64,000 bases of DNA from a virus (taxonomy: Duplodnaviria > Caudoviricetes). The translations under genes were made by a program, and so were the position numbers. Positions 18,397 to 27,136 of the stretch are shown piece by piece (positions within the stretch are counted from its first letter, which is position 1; every line of letters begins with the position of its first letter). The stretch lies in the IMG/VR virus record IMGVR_UViG_3300036770_008730. One strand, 5' to 3'. Under the pieces are notes generated by a model. The model was given only the letters and a program-made list of their open reading frames with translations. It made no database searches and was not told the DNA's origin.

Positions 18397-19353
18397 ATGT
18401 CGAAGAATAATAAAAATGAAATGTCAGAAGAAGATTACTTAAAAAGACATCTTAATGATATAGATGGAAATAAAAGGAATAGTTCTTTTGATATGAATAG
18501 TGATATACCACATGTTCAACCTCAAGTCGAACAAAATAAGGTATCTGATATGCAGTATTTTAATTTTGATATAAAAGAATTACCTTGTGGTCAGTTTTAT
18601 CCAACTGGTACTCTATTTATGATAAGACCAGCTCAAGTAAAAGAAATTCAAGCCTATTCAATGGTTGATGATAACAATTTTTATGACATTGTTGAAAAGA
18701 TGAATGATATGATGCAGGCTTGTATCAGGATAAAATATCCAGATGGTAGAATCGGTTCTTATCTTGAAATAAAAGACCAGGATCGATTATTTTTAATATT
18801 CATGATTCGTGAGTTAACTTTTCAACAAGGAAATTACTTAGCTACTAAGAAAAGTTGCACCTGCGGTGCGGAAACATCTTTAGAGTTAAAGAGAGGAAAT
18901 TTTGAATATCACCCTATTGATGATAAATTAGGAAAATATTTCAATCTATCTACTAAATCATTCAATTTTAGAACAGTTAATGGTAAAGAATTTGAATTAA
19001 CCCCACCAAATATTGGATTACAAAAAGCTTTTTCTGAATATATCTTAAAAGAAAATAACGAAAAAAGAACTCCTAATTTGGCCTTCTTAAAAATTATTCC
19101 ATTTATGATGAGTGGAAAAACATCAATTAGTTATGATGGTATCAAAGCTAAATTGAAAGATTTTGAAGAAATCGATGACATTTCTTTTCAATTCTTAAAT
19201 GCAGCTGTTAGTAAAATGACATTTGGTATTAAAGAACTAAAGAAGAATTGTGGTGCTTGCGGCGAGGAGGTCCGTGCAGAAATGCAATTTCCCAACGGAG
19301 CGTCAGGTATTTTCGTTGTTCATGATGCCTTTGAAGCATATATTAAAGAATAA
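18397..19353 (+). CDS. Baseplate hub assembly protein/tail chaperone (T4 gp26-like)
   Basis: LPCGQFYP..IRPAQVKE, DQDRLFLIFMIRELT, two CxC/CxxC pairs; located next to the tube gene. Confidence 0.6.
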   Translation: MSKNNKNEMSEEDYLKRHLNDIDGNKRNSSFDMNSDIPHVQPQVEQNKVSDMQYFNFDIKELPCGQFYPTGTLFMIRPAQVKEIQAYSMVDDNNFYDIVEKMNDMMQACIRIKYPDGRIGSYLEIKDQDRLFLIFMIRELTFQQGNYLATKKSCTCGAETSLELKRGNFEYHPIDDKLGKYFNLSTKSFNFRTVNGKEFELTPPNIGLQKAFSEYILKENNEKRTPNLAFLKIIPFMMSGKTSISYDGIKAKLKDFEEIDDISFQFLNAAVSKMTFGIKELKKNCGACGEEVRAEMQFPNGASGIFVVHDAFEAYIKE

Positions 19354-19576
19354 ACTTCTTTTACAAAAACACTTTCATCTTCAGGAATGGGCCATGGATC
19401 AATGGCCATTCTGGATGTTCGAAGAGAATATTAATCTTGTTAACGAAATTCAAGAAGAAGAAGAAACTAAGCGTAAAAAAGATGAAGAGGCACAACAAAA
19501 AGGTATGCCAAACTTCGATGCTAACGGTATGATGAAGAGTGCATCCAATATGACAAATAACATACCAAAATACTAA
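19322..19576 (+). CDS. Small baseplate hub assembly protein (gp51-like)
   Basis: MMPLKHILKNKLLLQKHFH..MDQWPFWMFE; ATG at 19322 is preferred over the GTG at 19250; overlaps the upstream gene. Confidence 0.5.
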   Translation: MMPLKHILKNKLLLQKHFHLQEWAMDQWPFWMFEENINLVNEIQEEEETKRKKDEEAQQKGMPNFDANGMMKSASNMTNNIPKY

Positions 19577-19590
19577 TTATTGAATAAAAT

Positions 19591-19618
19591 AAAAAAACCC
19601 ATCAATTGATGGGTTTTT
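19591..19618. terminator. Bidirectional intrinsic terminator between convergent genes
   Basis: AAAAACCCATCA-AT-TGATGGGTTTTT. Confidence 0.8.
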
Positions 19619-19637
19619 AGTTTTAAATATTTTACTA

Positions 19638-20258
19638 TTAGTATCCGGAAACTAAAGGTGGATTAATTGTAAAGTTTTGGTCGATATACTCATCAATGAA
19701 GTAATCATATAAGAAATCAGCTTGTGAGTTCTCAATGATGTTATTACCTGACCAATCAAGATCATAACCTTGTAATTTGGTAATTTGAACATTTTGATAT
19801 GTAACCCTTCTTAATACAACACCCTTTTTATCATGTTGATTTACAATGATAGTTCCGATGATATCACTCTTGTAATGTAATGATCCATTTTGAGAGTTAA
19901 ATACTAAGTCATACCAAGCTTTCATAGTGTTCCAAGTTTCCATAGAACCTTGATTATTAACATTCACCTGAATAGGAATAGAAAGTGTACCATCAGTTTT
20001 TGTAGGAGTTGATAAAAACATTCTTGTTGAATACTTGAATCTTTGAGTTTTTGCTGCAACGTCAAATTCAGTAGTCTGCATACCTATCTTTGTTGCATTT
20101 TGTAACAACAAAATTGGATCTCTTCCTTGTGCTTGTAAGATAACTGGTAAAATAAAAGTTATCTCAAATAAGTTTAAGTAAACTACTTCATCTGGTAGTG
20201 TACCTGGTCCCCCAGGGGAACCTGAATTTATGACCTGGGTAAAATGAGGTAATGGCAT
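19638..20258 (-). CDS. gp19: Tail tube protein (gp19-like)
   Basis: LNLFEITF, W..WYDLVFN, IIVNQHDKKG..LRRVTY tube-protein pattern; near the sheath gene. Confidence 0.75.
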   Translation of the reverse strand: MPLPHFTQVINSGSPGGPGTLPDEVVYLNLFEITFILPVILQAQGRDPILLLQNATKIGMQTTEFDVAAKTQRFKYSTRMFLSTPTKTDGTLSIPIQVNVNNQGSMETWNTMKAWYDLVFNSQNGSLHYKSDIIGTIIVNQHDKKGVVLRRVTYQNVQITKLQGYDLDWSGNNIIENSQADFLYDYFIDEYIDQNFTINPPLVSGY

Positions 20259-20378
20259 ATATTTTTTAATTATTTTTTATAATTTATATATTTTCTCCGT
20301 TATTATCTTTAGCTGTTTTCACACATAATATGTTGTAAATAATGCCTTTTCCACTTTTTAGACTTAATAGATACCACT

Positions 20379-20714
20379 ATGAACTGTAACTATAGGTATT
20401 GTGGTAAAGATATAAGATATGGTAGACCAGATCGTAGATTTTGTAATAAAGACTGTAAATCTAAAGAAAAGTCTATAATTAAAGAGTTAAAAGCGCTTAA
20501 TAGAAAATCTAAAAAGAGTAGAGATTTTATACAAAAATCAAGAAAGAAACATAAAAATAGATATAACTATGATTTAGTATTGTATGAAAATTGCAGAACT
20601 AAAGTTAAAATAATTTGTCCAGTGCATGGTGTCTTTGAACAAACACCAGACGCTCATCTTTATTCAGGTAGAGGTTGTGAAAAATGTGCCAGAGAGGCAA
20701 GAAGAAAAGATTAA
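20379..20714 (+). CDS. Zinc-finger protein (DUF723-type), probable homing endonuclease DNA-binding remnant
   Basis: CNYRYC..RRFCNKDC plus YNYDLVLY..KVKIICPVHGVFEQTPDAHL.G.GCEKC; no nuclease domain. Confidence 0.6.
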   Translation: MNCNYRYCGKDIRYGRPDRRFCNKDCKSKEKSIIKELKALNRKSKKSRDFIQKSRKKHKNRYNYDLVLYENCRTKVKIICPVHGVFEQTPDAHLYSGRGCEKCAREARRKD

Positions 20715-20748
20715 TTCAACCATACTGAATTTTACAATATAATACTAT

Positions 20749-21888
20749 ATGAGTAAAATTTACATGATCGGAGATAGTCACATTGGACTTGGATTTCCAA
20801 ATAGCGTAGATAAATGGTTTAAAGTTCATAAAGAGTATTTTAGTGAATTTTTGATACCTTTATTAAAAAGAGAAGTTAAATCGGGTGATATAATTGTTCA
20901 TTTGGGTGATTTGTTCGACAATAGAAATGTGATTCCTATCAATTTACTTAACTATGGAATGGATATTGTAGAAGAAATATCTAAAATTGCACCATTTCAT
21001 ATTATAGTTGGTAATCATGATCTTTGGTCTAAAAGTGCAAGTGAAGTTAATAGTATTCGTCCATTCAAATGGATTCCAAATGTTTTTGTACATGATACTG
21101 TTACAAAGATAGATTATAATGGTTTGAAACTTTTATTGATGCCTTATGTTGAGAAGAGAGTCGAACAGATTAAATGGATACAAGATAATAGAGATTGTCA
21201 CTATCTTTTTTGCCACTCTGATTTAAATGGTGCTAAAATGCATTTAACATCTGTTGCTCATAAAAATCCTGATAAAATTGATGTCGAGGAGTTTTCAGCA
21301 TTTAAAAAGGTTTACAGTGGTCATATTCACATTGTCTCTGATAACAGTCAGAAAAACTTCAAATTTGTTGGTTCCATTTTTCAAATGGATAGAAATGACA
21401 CCGGAGACCAAAAAGGTATTTTTGTTTTAGATACTGATACCGGTGAAGAAACATTCTTCCCAAATAAGATATCTCCTATTTTTAAGAAATTTAGAGTTGT
21501 TAAAGAAGAAGATGTGGATAGATTAGATGAGATAAAAGATACCAAAGACTATGTTGACTTACAAATTTCTAATAATCTTTTAATTAGTAACAGAAAGCTT
21601 CGTAGAAAACTTGAAGTGATGTTAGAAAAAGGTAACTTTGCCTCTGTTGAATATATTGATGATATTACAAAAGAGTTAGTTGATGGTGAAGAAGTGAATG
21701 AATCTTCAACAGTCGAAGTTGATGAGAATGGAATTGAAATCTCAGTTCAATTAGAATATGAAGACTATATAAAAGAGTATATTCTTAAACAGAAATACGA
21801 CAATGATAAATTTAAATCAGGTGTTATTTCTGAATTTGATGAAGTGATAAAAATTTACACTGACAATTACAAGTCTTCAACAGATTAA
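20749..21888 (+). CDS. gp47: Recombination endonuclease subunit (T4 gp47/SbcD/Mre11 metallophosphoesterase)
   Basis: GDSH, HLGDLFD, GNHD, CHSD and SGHIH motifs. Confidence 0.9.
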   Translation: MSKIYMIGDSHIGLGFPNSVDKWFKVHKEYFSEFLIPLLKREVKSGDIIVHLGDLFDNRNVIPINLLNYGMDIVEEISKIAPFHIIVGNHDLWSKSASEVNSIRPFKWIPNVFVHDTVTKIDYNGLKLLLMPYVEKRVEQIKWIQDNRDCHYLFCHSDLNGAKMHLTSVAHKNPDKIDVEEFSAFKKVYSGHIHIVSDNSQKNFKFVGSIFQMDRNDTGDQKGIFVLDTDTGEETFFPNKISPIFKKFRVVKEEDVDRLDEIKDTKDYVDLQISNNLLISNRKLRRKLEVMLEKGNFASVEYIDDITKELVDGEEVNESSTVEVDENGIEISVQLEYEDYIKEYILKQKYDNDKFKSGVISEFDEVIKIYTDNYKSSTD

Positions 21889-22826
21889 AATTTCAATTCA
21901 CTCACATCTTTTGCTCTACCTGTAGAAGGATCTCTTGAATTAATAATTTTATTCGGATTGATTCCTGGTCTAGTTGTTAGATAAAAACCATTTTCTAATT
22001 CTCCCTTTACACCTAGTAGATTTAGTATTTCTTTAGGACTATTGTGCTTTGAACTAATCAACATTTGCTCAACATTTTCAGCCGTATACATCTTATTATC
22101 TAAATCCGGTTTGTCTGTAGCTTGAAACCATCTGCAATACTGATACATTCCAGAATCCTCATTATTAACATCTATTCGTTCGGATTTATTTTCACTATTT
22201 ACTCTACTATCAATATTTTTCAGATACCAATCTAATGGTGTGAATATTAGATAATCTTCGATATTACCAAACACTTTGAATTCTTTTATTCCTGTATCTA
22301 CATCATCAAATACTATCGTTTTGGCTTTCGAAAAGTAAGCAACCCATGCCATTCCAAATCTTCTACCATCATGGCCATCTTTTTGTTTGCTTTTTGCTTT
22401 TGGATCTGGATCAGTTAAATATCCTATATGTGGTCTTATTTCTTCATATTTCTTTTTTTCCTCATCAGAAGCAATTTCTTGCCATTTTTTGAAATCGTCT
22501 TTGTAGATTTCTATCAACCAAGGATTATCTTTAAAGCTATTAGCAGAAAGTTTGGCTAATTCAGGCAAACCATTTTCTGATATCATCTCCATTAATTTTT
22601 GAAAAATTAAATCGTTGCCTTGAAAATTATCTGTACCTGTTAAGACCTTATCTGCCTCTGGATTTTGATACCAATGGACAATTTTAGTTGGCGCTAAACT
22701 TTTTGAATCGGTTGCTAAATAAGTTTTACCAGAAGCGCTTGGTCCAGATAGCAAAATAAACTTTTTACCTTCAACTCCTTCTTTTAGTAGTTTAATAAAA
22801 CTTTCGTATAACTTTAAGTATTTCAT
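21885..22826 (-). CDS. P-loop NTPase/kinase-like protein with capsid-targeting-like leader
   Basis: MKYLKLYESF..LKEG leader; Walker A GPSASGKT; IVFDD; TAATATATA at 22851-22859. Confidence 0.65.
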   Translation of the reverse strand: MKYLKLYESFIKLLKEGVEGKKFILLSGPSASGKTYLATDSKSLAPTKIVHWYQNPEADKVLTGTDNFQGNDLIFQKLMEMISENGLPELAKLSANSFKDNPWLIEIYKDDFKKWQEIASDEEKKKYEEIRPHIGYLTDPDPKAKSKQKDGHDGRRFGMAWVAYFSKAKTIVFDDVDTGIKEFKVFGNIEDYLIFTPLDWYLKNIDSRVNSENKSERIDVNNEDSGMYQYCRWFQATDKPDLDNKMYTAENVEQMLISSKHNSPKEILNLLGVKGELENGFYLTTRPGINPNKIINSRDPSTGRAKDVSELKF

Positions 22827-22895
22827 AGTTTTGTTTTTTTTTTTCTGTATTATATATTAATTTTTATCCTATAAATTTTTCTAAATATACCAAAC

Positions 22896-23594
22896 CTAAC
22901 TTATTACTTCGATTCCTTCCTGGCCGAAGACGAAGACTTCTCGACCCCTGAAGATGATAGCAGTGTCTTCCGAGATGCCCAATCCTATCTTCCCAGAAGT
23001 AAGACCGACTGCTATCTTCAGGCGAGAGATTCTACCTCTTTCTCTAAAATGAGTGTCTACTACGATGTCTGGCAACATAGATAGACCCTTTTTCATGAGG
23101 GGTATACTTTTGCCACCTGCTATCATCTCTCCGGATAGGGCCATAGCACCAGCAGAAGTACCTACCACAGCCATTCCTTCTGAAAATCGTTGCTTCATTC
23201 TACTCAGGAAGGAAGTTCCCAGGTAACATTCAGTTATTCTCGATTGATCTCCTCCCACGAAGAAAATTGTATCAGCAACATCTAGCTTTTTCAAGTTCTC
23301 TTCGGTGTCAACCTCGGAGGCAGTTGAAGTGTGTAGAAAAGTTGTGATGCATCCCAATCGGTTAAAAATAGGGAGGTATTTTCTTTCAGCATCTTCTTTG
23401 TGGGCAGTGGCTGTAGTCACGACCAAAAGATTAGCAGAACCCAGTCCATTGATAACAAGCTCTAAGCACTTCTCGGATTCAGATCCACCCACTAGAGCAA
23501 ATGTCTGACCATTTCTCAAGTACGGTGCGATCATGTCTTCGTACTTCAGGTTGAAGCTCTCCACCAACCAGTCACCAAAGTTTTTAATAAGCAT
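22896..23594 (-). CDS. cphB: Cyanophycinase-like serine peptidase (family S51)
   Basis: FFVGGDQ, GTSAG (Ser), DTHFRERGR (His), GISEDT (Glu); probable start MLIKNFGDWLVES at 23594 (alternative 23615); GC clearly higher than flanks. Confidence 0.85.
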   Translation of the reverse strand: MLIKNFGDWLVESFNLKYEDMIAPYLRNGQTFALVGGSESEKCLELVINGLGSANLLVVTTATAHKEDAERKYLPIFNRLGCITTFLHTSTASEVDTEENLKKLDVADTIFFVGGDQSRITECYLGTSFLSRMKQRFSEGMAVVGTSAGAMALSGEMIAGGKSIPLMKKGLSMLPDIVVDTHFRERGRISRLKIAVGLTSGKIGLGISEDTAIIFRGREVFVFGQEGIEVIS

Positions 23595-23673
23595 TCTTGA
23601 GGTCTTTCTTTTCATGTTCTATATCGTACCTTTTGTGTCTAAAACCTGATTGTGTCAAATAGTTTTAAGTACC

Positions 23674-23934
23674 TCATAACTTCTGTAATTTTATTTTCAA
23701 ATCACCGGTTCCTTTTATTAGTCTATGATAAATACCCATTGGTATAAAAACTTCTCCCCTTATTTGTTTAGGTAATTCATTATCAATTTGAATCATCCAA
23801 TCTGTTTCACCGATAGATTCAATTATACGATTTTCAAAATCTCGATGCCACATAAATTCACCAGAATCTGTATCTTGTTTGAACTCTCTGATAAATGTAT
23901 TATCACTTAATTTAGTTTCTTTAAATGGTAACAT
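23674..23934 (-). CDS. Small cupin-fold protein
   Basis: WHRD..R and IPMGIYHRLIKG cupin His motifs. Confidence 0.6.
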   Translation of the reverse strand: MLPFKETKLSDNTFIREFKQDTDSGEFMWHRDFENRIIESIGETDWMIQIDNELPKQIRGEVFIPMGIYHRLIKGTGDLKIKLQKL

Positions 23935-23938
23935 ATTT

Positions 23939-24727
23939 TTATTTATTATATAAACCTAGATAGTATTTTAATTTCTGAGGAAATTCCGTTCCCGCTGCTT
24001 TTATCTTTTGATACAATTCATCAGACATATCTTTATGTCTTTTACGAAACTCATCAGGAGACATAAACCATAAATATAAATTCAATTTTTCTTTGGATCT
24101 TTCTACCATGTCTATTTCACGAAGTTTTTTCAAATCCATTTTGGTTTCTCCTGGGTATTTTTTTGAGTATAAATAAGCGAATTGTTTTGCATGAGAATCT
24201 ACTTCCTTTTTTGATGCTAAGTATGAATATCCTTCATCTTCACCTGATTTAAATCCTTCTTTTTCTATATTTGCAATATGTTGAACCTCATGTTGTAAAC
24301 TCGATTTTAGGGCATCTACTGGATAATTAAATAATTTAGTAGTTCCTATTTCAATGCCTTCGGTTCTTATAGGATCATTTTTTGATTTTATTGCAGCTCC
24401 TTCACTCTTTGGTATCAAACGTATAAAGAAATCTTTTTGCAGAGATTTAAATGATTTCTTAATAATTGGATCAATCTGGTCAAAATCAGTTAATAAAGTA
24501 GCTGGCTCTGATGATAATCTTATATTTTGATAAGGTTTATAATGTTTTTTTATAAACTCACTTATACTTAAATTTCCTGGATTTTTTTGATAATAAATTG
24601 AAATTTGAGACTTGAAATCTAAAAGCACATCTCTAAGGAATTTATAAATCAATTTTATAGATTTATTTTCATCTTCACTTAAATATTCAGCATTTTCGAA
24701 TAGACTGTATGTTTTTAGATACTTCAT
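23939..24727 (-). CDS. Putative zinc metallopeptidase with capsid-targeting-like leader
   Basis: Start MKYLKTYSLFENA at 24727; HEVQH (HExxH) and downstream EVDSH Glu. Confidence 0.55.
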   Translation of the reverse strand: MKYLKTYSLFENAEYLSEDENKSIKLIYKFLRDVLLDFKSQISIYYQKNPGNLSISEFIKKHYKPYQNIRLSSEPATLLTDFDQIDPIIKKSFKSLQKDFFIRLIPKSEGAAIKSKNDPIRTEGIEIGTTKLFNYPVDALKSSLQHEVQHIANIEKEGFKSGEDEGYSYLASKKEVDSHAKQFAYLYSKKYPGETKMDLKKLREIDMVERSKEKLNLYLWFMSPDEFRKRHKDMSDELYQKIKAAGTEFPQKLKYYLGLYNK

Positions 24728-24741
24728 AACCAATTTATTTT

Positions 24742-25701
24742 TTACCAGAATCCCGGATAAGTTTTTCCGCCCCACAAATGTCCATATTTATTTATGCGAC
24801 ATGCCCAGTATCCAGCCTTTGTCTTATCCTTCTTTGTAGAACATTTATGACGAGCAGCAAATGACTTTCTTGCCTTAGGATTGCTCACCTTAGCAGTTAA
24901 TCCACCGTGAACATCACCAAAAGAAATCTTTTTAACCTTACCAGTTTTAGGATTCTTTACATAAACTTGATATTTTTTAGTACCACCACGCATTGGATAA
25001 TTTAACTTAACTTTTTTACCCTTATATTCCGCCTCATTTACTTCTTCTATATTTTCCATAGGTAAATCCAAAGGAACCTTTTTCCCATTAAAATAACCAA
25101 AGTTACCTATCTCGGTCTCTCTGTATAATGATTCATCAATACTACAAAGTTTTATTTTACCAGAATCATATAATCTTCTAGCTTCTGTTAAAACATTAAA
25201 GAAAGATTTTGAACCAGGTCTAAAAATACTTTCTGTTATTGGTTTGTTGTTGGTTAAGTGCCATTTTAAGTTCTCCGATACTTCAGGCATTGAGACAAAT
25301 TGAACTTGTAAGTCACCACACTGACAGTCATCACATCCACAATCACACTCAGAGTCTCCTGTGCAATCATCACAACAACCACATCCTTCACCTTCTTCAT
25401 ATTCTGATTCAAATTCATCATCATCATCATCATCTTCATATTCACCGATTTCAAATTCGTTTTCACATTCCATATTTTCAACATTATCAATATTGATGGT
25501 TATGAATGATTCAAATTTTTCAACTTTATTTTTCTTAAGATTATTTAATTCTTTTTCATCGTGTTCAACAGGTTCAGTTTTGATACCTAATCCCATGATT
25601 TCTTCTTTCTCATTTTCTAAAGATTTAGCTGAGAATCCAAAGTCTTCTTCTTTAACTTTTTTTTCTTTCTTCTTTTCGTTGAATTTTCTGAGATGTTTCA
25701 T
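24742..25701 (-). CDS. Multidomain protein: leader, acidic/Cys-rich cluster, basic C-terminal domain
   Basis: MKHLRKFNE; CGCCDDCTGDSECDCGCDDCQC; KKYQVYV..KKISFGD..SFAARHKC..GYWAC. Confidence 0.65.
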   Translation of the reverse strand: MKHLRKFNEKKKEKKVKEEDFGFSAKSLENEKEEIMGLGIKTEPVEHDEKELNNLKKNKVEKFESFITINIDNVENMECENEFEIGEYEDDDDDDEFESEYEEGEGCGCCDDCTGDSECDCGCDDCQCGDLQVQFVSMPEVSENLKWHLTNNKPITESIFRPGSKSFFNVLTEARRLYDSGKIKLCSIDESLYRETEIGNFGYFNGKKVPLDLPMENIEEVNEAEYKGKKVKLNYPMRGGTKKYQVYVKNPKTGKVKKISFGDVHGGLTAKVSNPKARKSFAARHKCSTKKDKTKAGYWACRINKYGHLWGGKTYPGFW

Positions 25702-25703
25702 AG

Positions 25704-27062
25704 TTATTTTTTAGTTTTTATAAGATATTTCTTTATAAGTAGTTTCCAAACAGGTTCTTCTCTATCACCAATTCTCATTATTTCTTCGTTTCCAGCTCTT
25801 AAGTTTATTGAGTGAATTAGAGTTCTGATGTTGAGGTCAAATTTCACCGGATAGTTATCAGTAACATAAATTAGGTATTCTAAAGCTTCTTCTTTTAGTT
25901 TCATATCTAATTCTGGTGATATTCTTGACATAATCTCTTTCATTCTTGAAATGATTTCTTCTTTGTTAAGATTTACATCAACATGTAGAGACCTAGAAAG
26001 AATTGCGTCATCGAATTTCTCTTCTGCTAAATTAGAAATGAAAATCACCTGACCTGAAAATTCGAATCTGTTAGGTAACATTCTTCCCTCTTTTTCTTCA
26101 TATTCTTGTTGAATTTCTAAATCACTCATACCTGTTGAGTCAAAAGTGTTACCTTTTGTCAGTTTAGATAGTTCTCTTACTGGATAAGTATCTAAAGCTC
26201 CTTTAAGTAAGTTTACTGAATCGGCATCTTTTAGAACAGCATCACAATCATCAAAGATGATTAACTTATTTCTGTGTTTGAATAGGACTTCAAATAGACC
26301 AGCTGTTGTAATGGTGCCTGTTGATTTATAATAGTGAACATCTGGTTGCATTCCAATAGATCTTAGCGTGTCTGTTACAACTGAAGTTTTACCAACACCC
26401 GCTTGTCCACTTACAATTAGAGAATTACTTTTACCTCTTGCAACTTGTATTGTGTATAATTCAATAGCTTTGAAAATATCAATTTTAAGATCTTGAACAG
26501 TTATTTTATCTGATTCTTTTTCAGCCTTTTCTGTGGTTGCAACAATTGCTCTTAGTTGTTCAATTCTTCTTTCAATTTTTTCAACGCTAGTTGGAGACTT
26601 TGCTCTTTTTCTTTTCTTTTCCCACTCTTGGAGCTCTTCTTTTGGATCATAAGTTTCTTGTAGTTCTGTTTCTTCTACCTTTTGAATCATTGATTCCGGA
26701 TTATTGAAGAAGTCTACTACAAAAGGTAAATGTTTAACAATTGATTCATCTTTAGGTATAAAGAGAGTAAATTCTGGATTCTTCTCAAATTCAAAATTCA
26801 ACCATAAATCTATTGAATGTATTACATTTCTAATGTCATCTTCTTTCCAATTTATTCTAATGGCCTTTGTTGTTTTAAGAGAAATAAATAATTGACCTCT
26901 TAGAAAGTCCATTCCTTTTTGAATAAAGAATATTTCGTTATATGGATATAAATCATTTCCAGTCTTTCTTTCGATAAATTCTGTTATTTTTTGTATAGCA
27001 TCTTCTTTATCCTTGGATAGAAATGCCTCTAAAAATAGTTCGTATTTTTTTAAGATTTTCAT
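25704..27062 (-). CDS. AAA+ ATPase with capsid-targeting-like leader
   Basis: MKILKKYELFLEA; Walker A GQAGVGKT; Walker B IIFDDCD; sensor/arginine finger FISN..ILSRS; TAATATATA at 27070-27078. Confidence 0.8.
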   Translation of the reverse strand: MKILKKYELFLEAFLSKDKEDAIQKITEFIERKTGNDLYPYNEIFFIQKGMDFLRGQLFISLKTTKAIRINWKEDDIRNVIHSIDLWLNFEFEKNPEFTLFIPKDESIVKHLPFVVDFFNNPESMIQKVEETELQETYDPKEELQEWEKKRKRAKSPTSVEKIERRIEQLRAIVATTEKAEKESDKITVQDLKIDIFKAIELYTIQVARGKSNSLIVSGQAGVGKTSVVTDTLRSIGMQPDVHYYKSTGTITTAGLFEVLFKHRNKLIIFDDCDAVLKDADSVNLLKGALDTYPVRELSKLTKGNTFDSTGMSDLEIQQEYEEKEGRMLPNRFEFSGQVIFISNLAEEKFDDAILSRSLHVDVNLNKEEIISRMKEIMSRISPELDMKLKEEALEYLIYVTDNYPVKFDLNIRTLIHSINLRAGNEEIMRIGDREEPVWKLLIKKYLIKTKK

Positions 27063-27069
27063 ATGTTCA

Positions 27070-27113
27070 TATATATTAATTTTGTGGACTAAGAAATGTA
27101 AAATTAATATATA
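27070..27113. promoter_or_regulatory. Back-to-back TAATATATA promoters
   Basis: Minus-strand copy at 27070-27078 and plus-strand copy at 27105-27113 in a 74-bp divergent gap. Confidence 0.6.
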
Positions 27114-27136
27114 ATGAAAACTTGTAGATTAATTAG

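Noticed and set aside
19241-19353. Programmed frameshift fusing the gp26-like and gp51-like ORFs (lambda G/GT style)
   Set aside because: The second ORF is in the +1 frame, there is no X XXY YYZ slippery heptamer, and it has its own ATG at 19322. A UUU-CCC +1 slip cannot be excluded but is unsupported.
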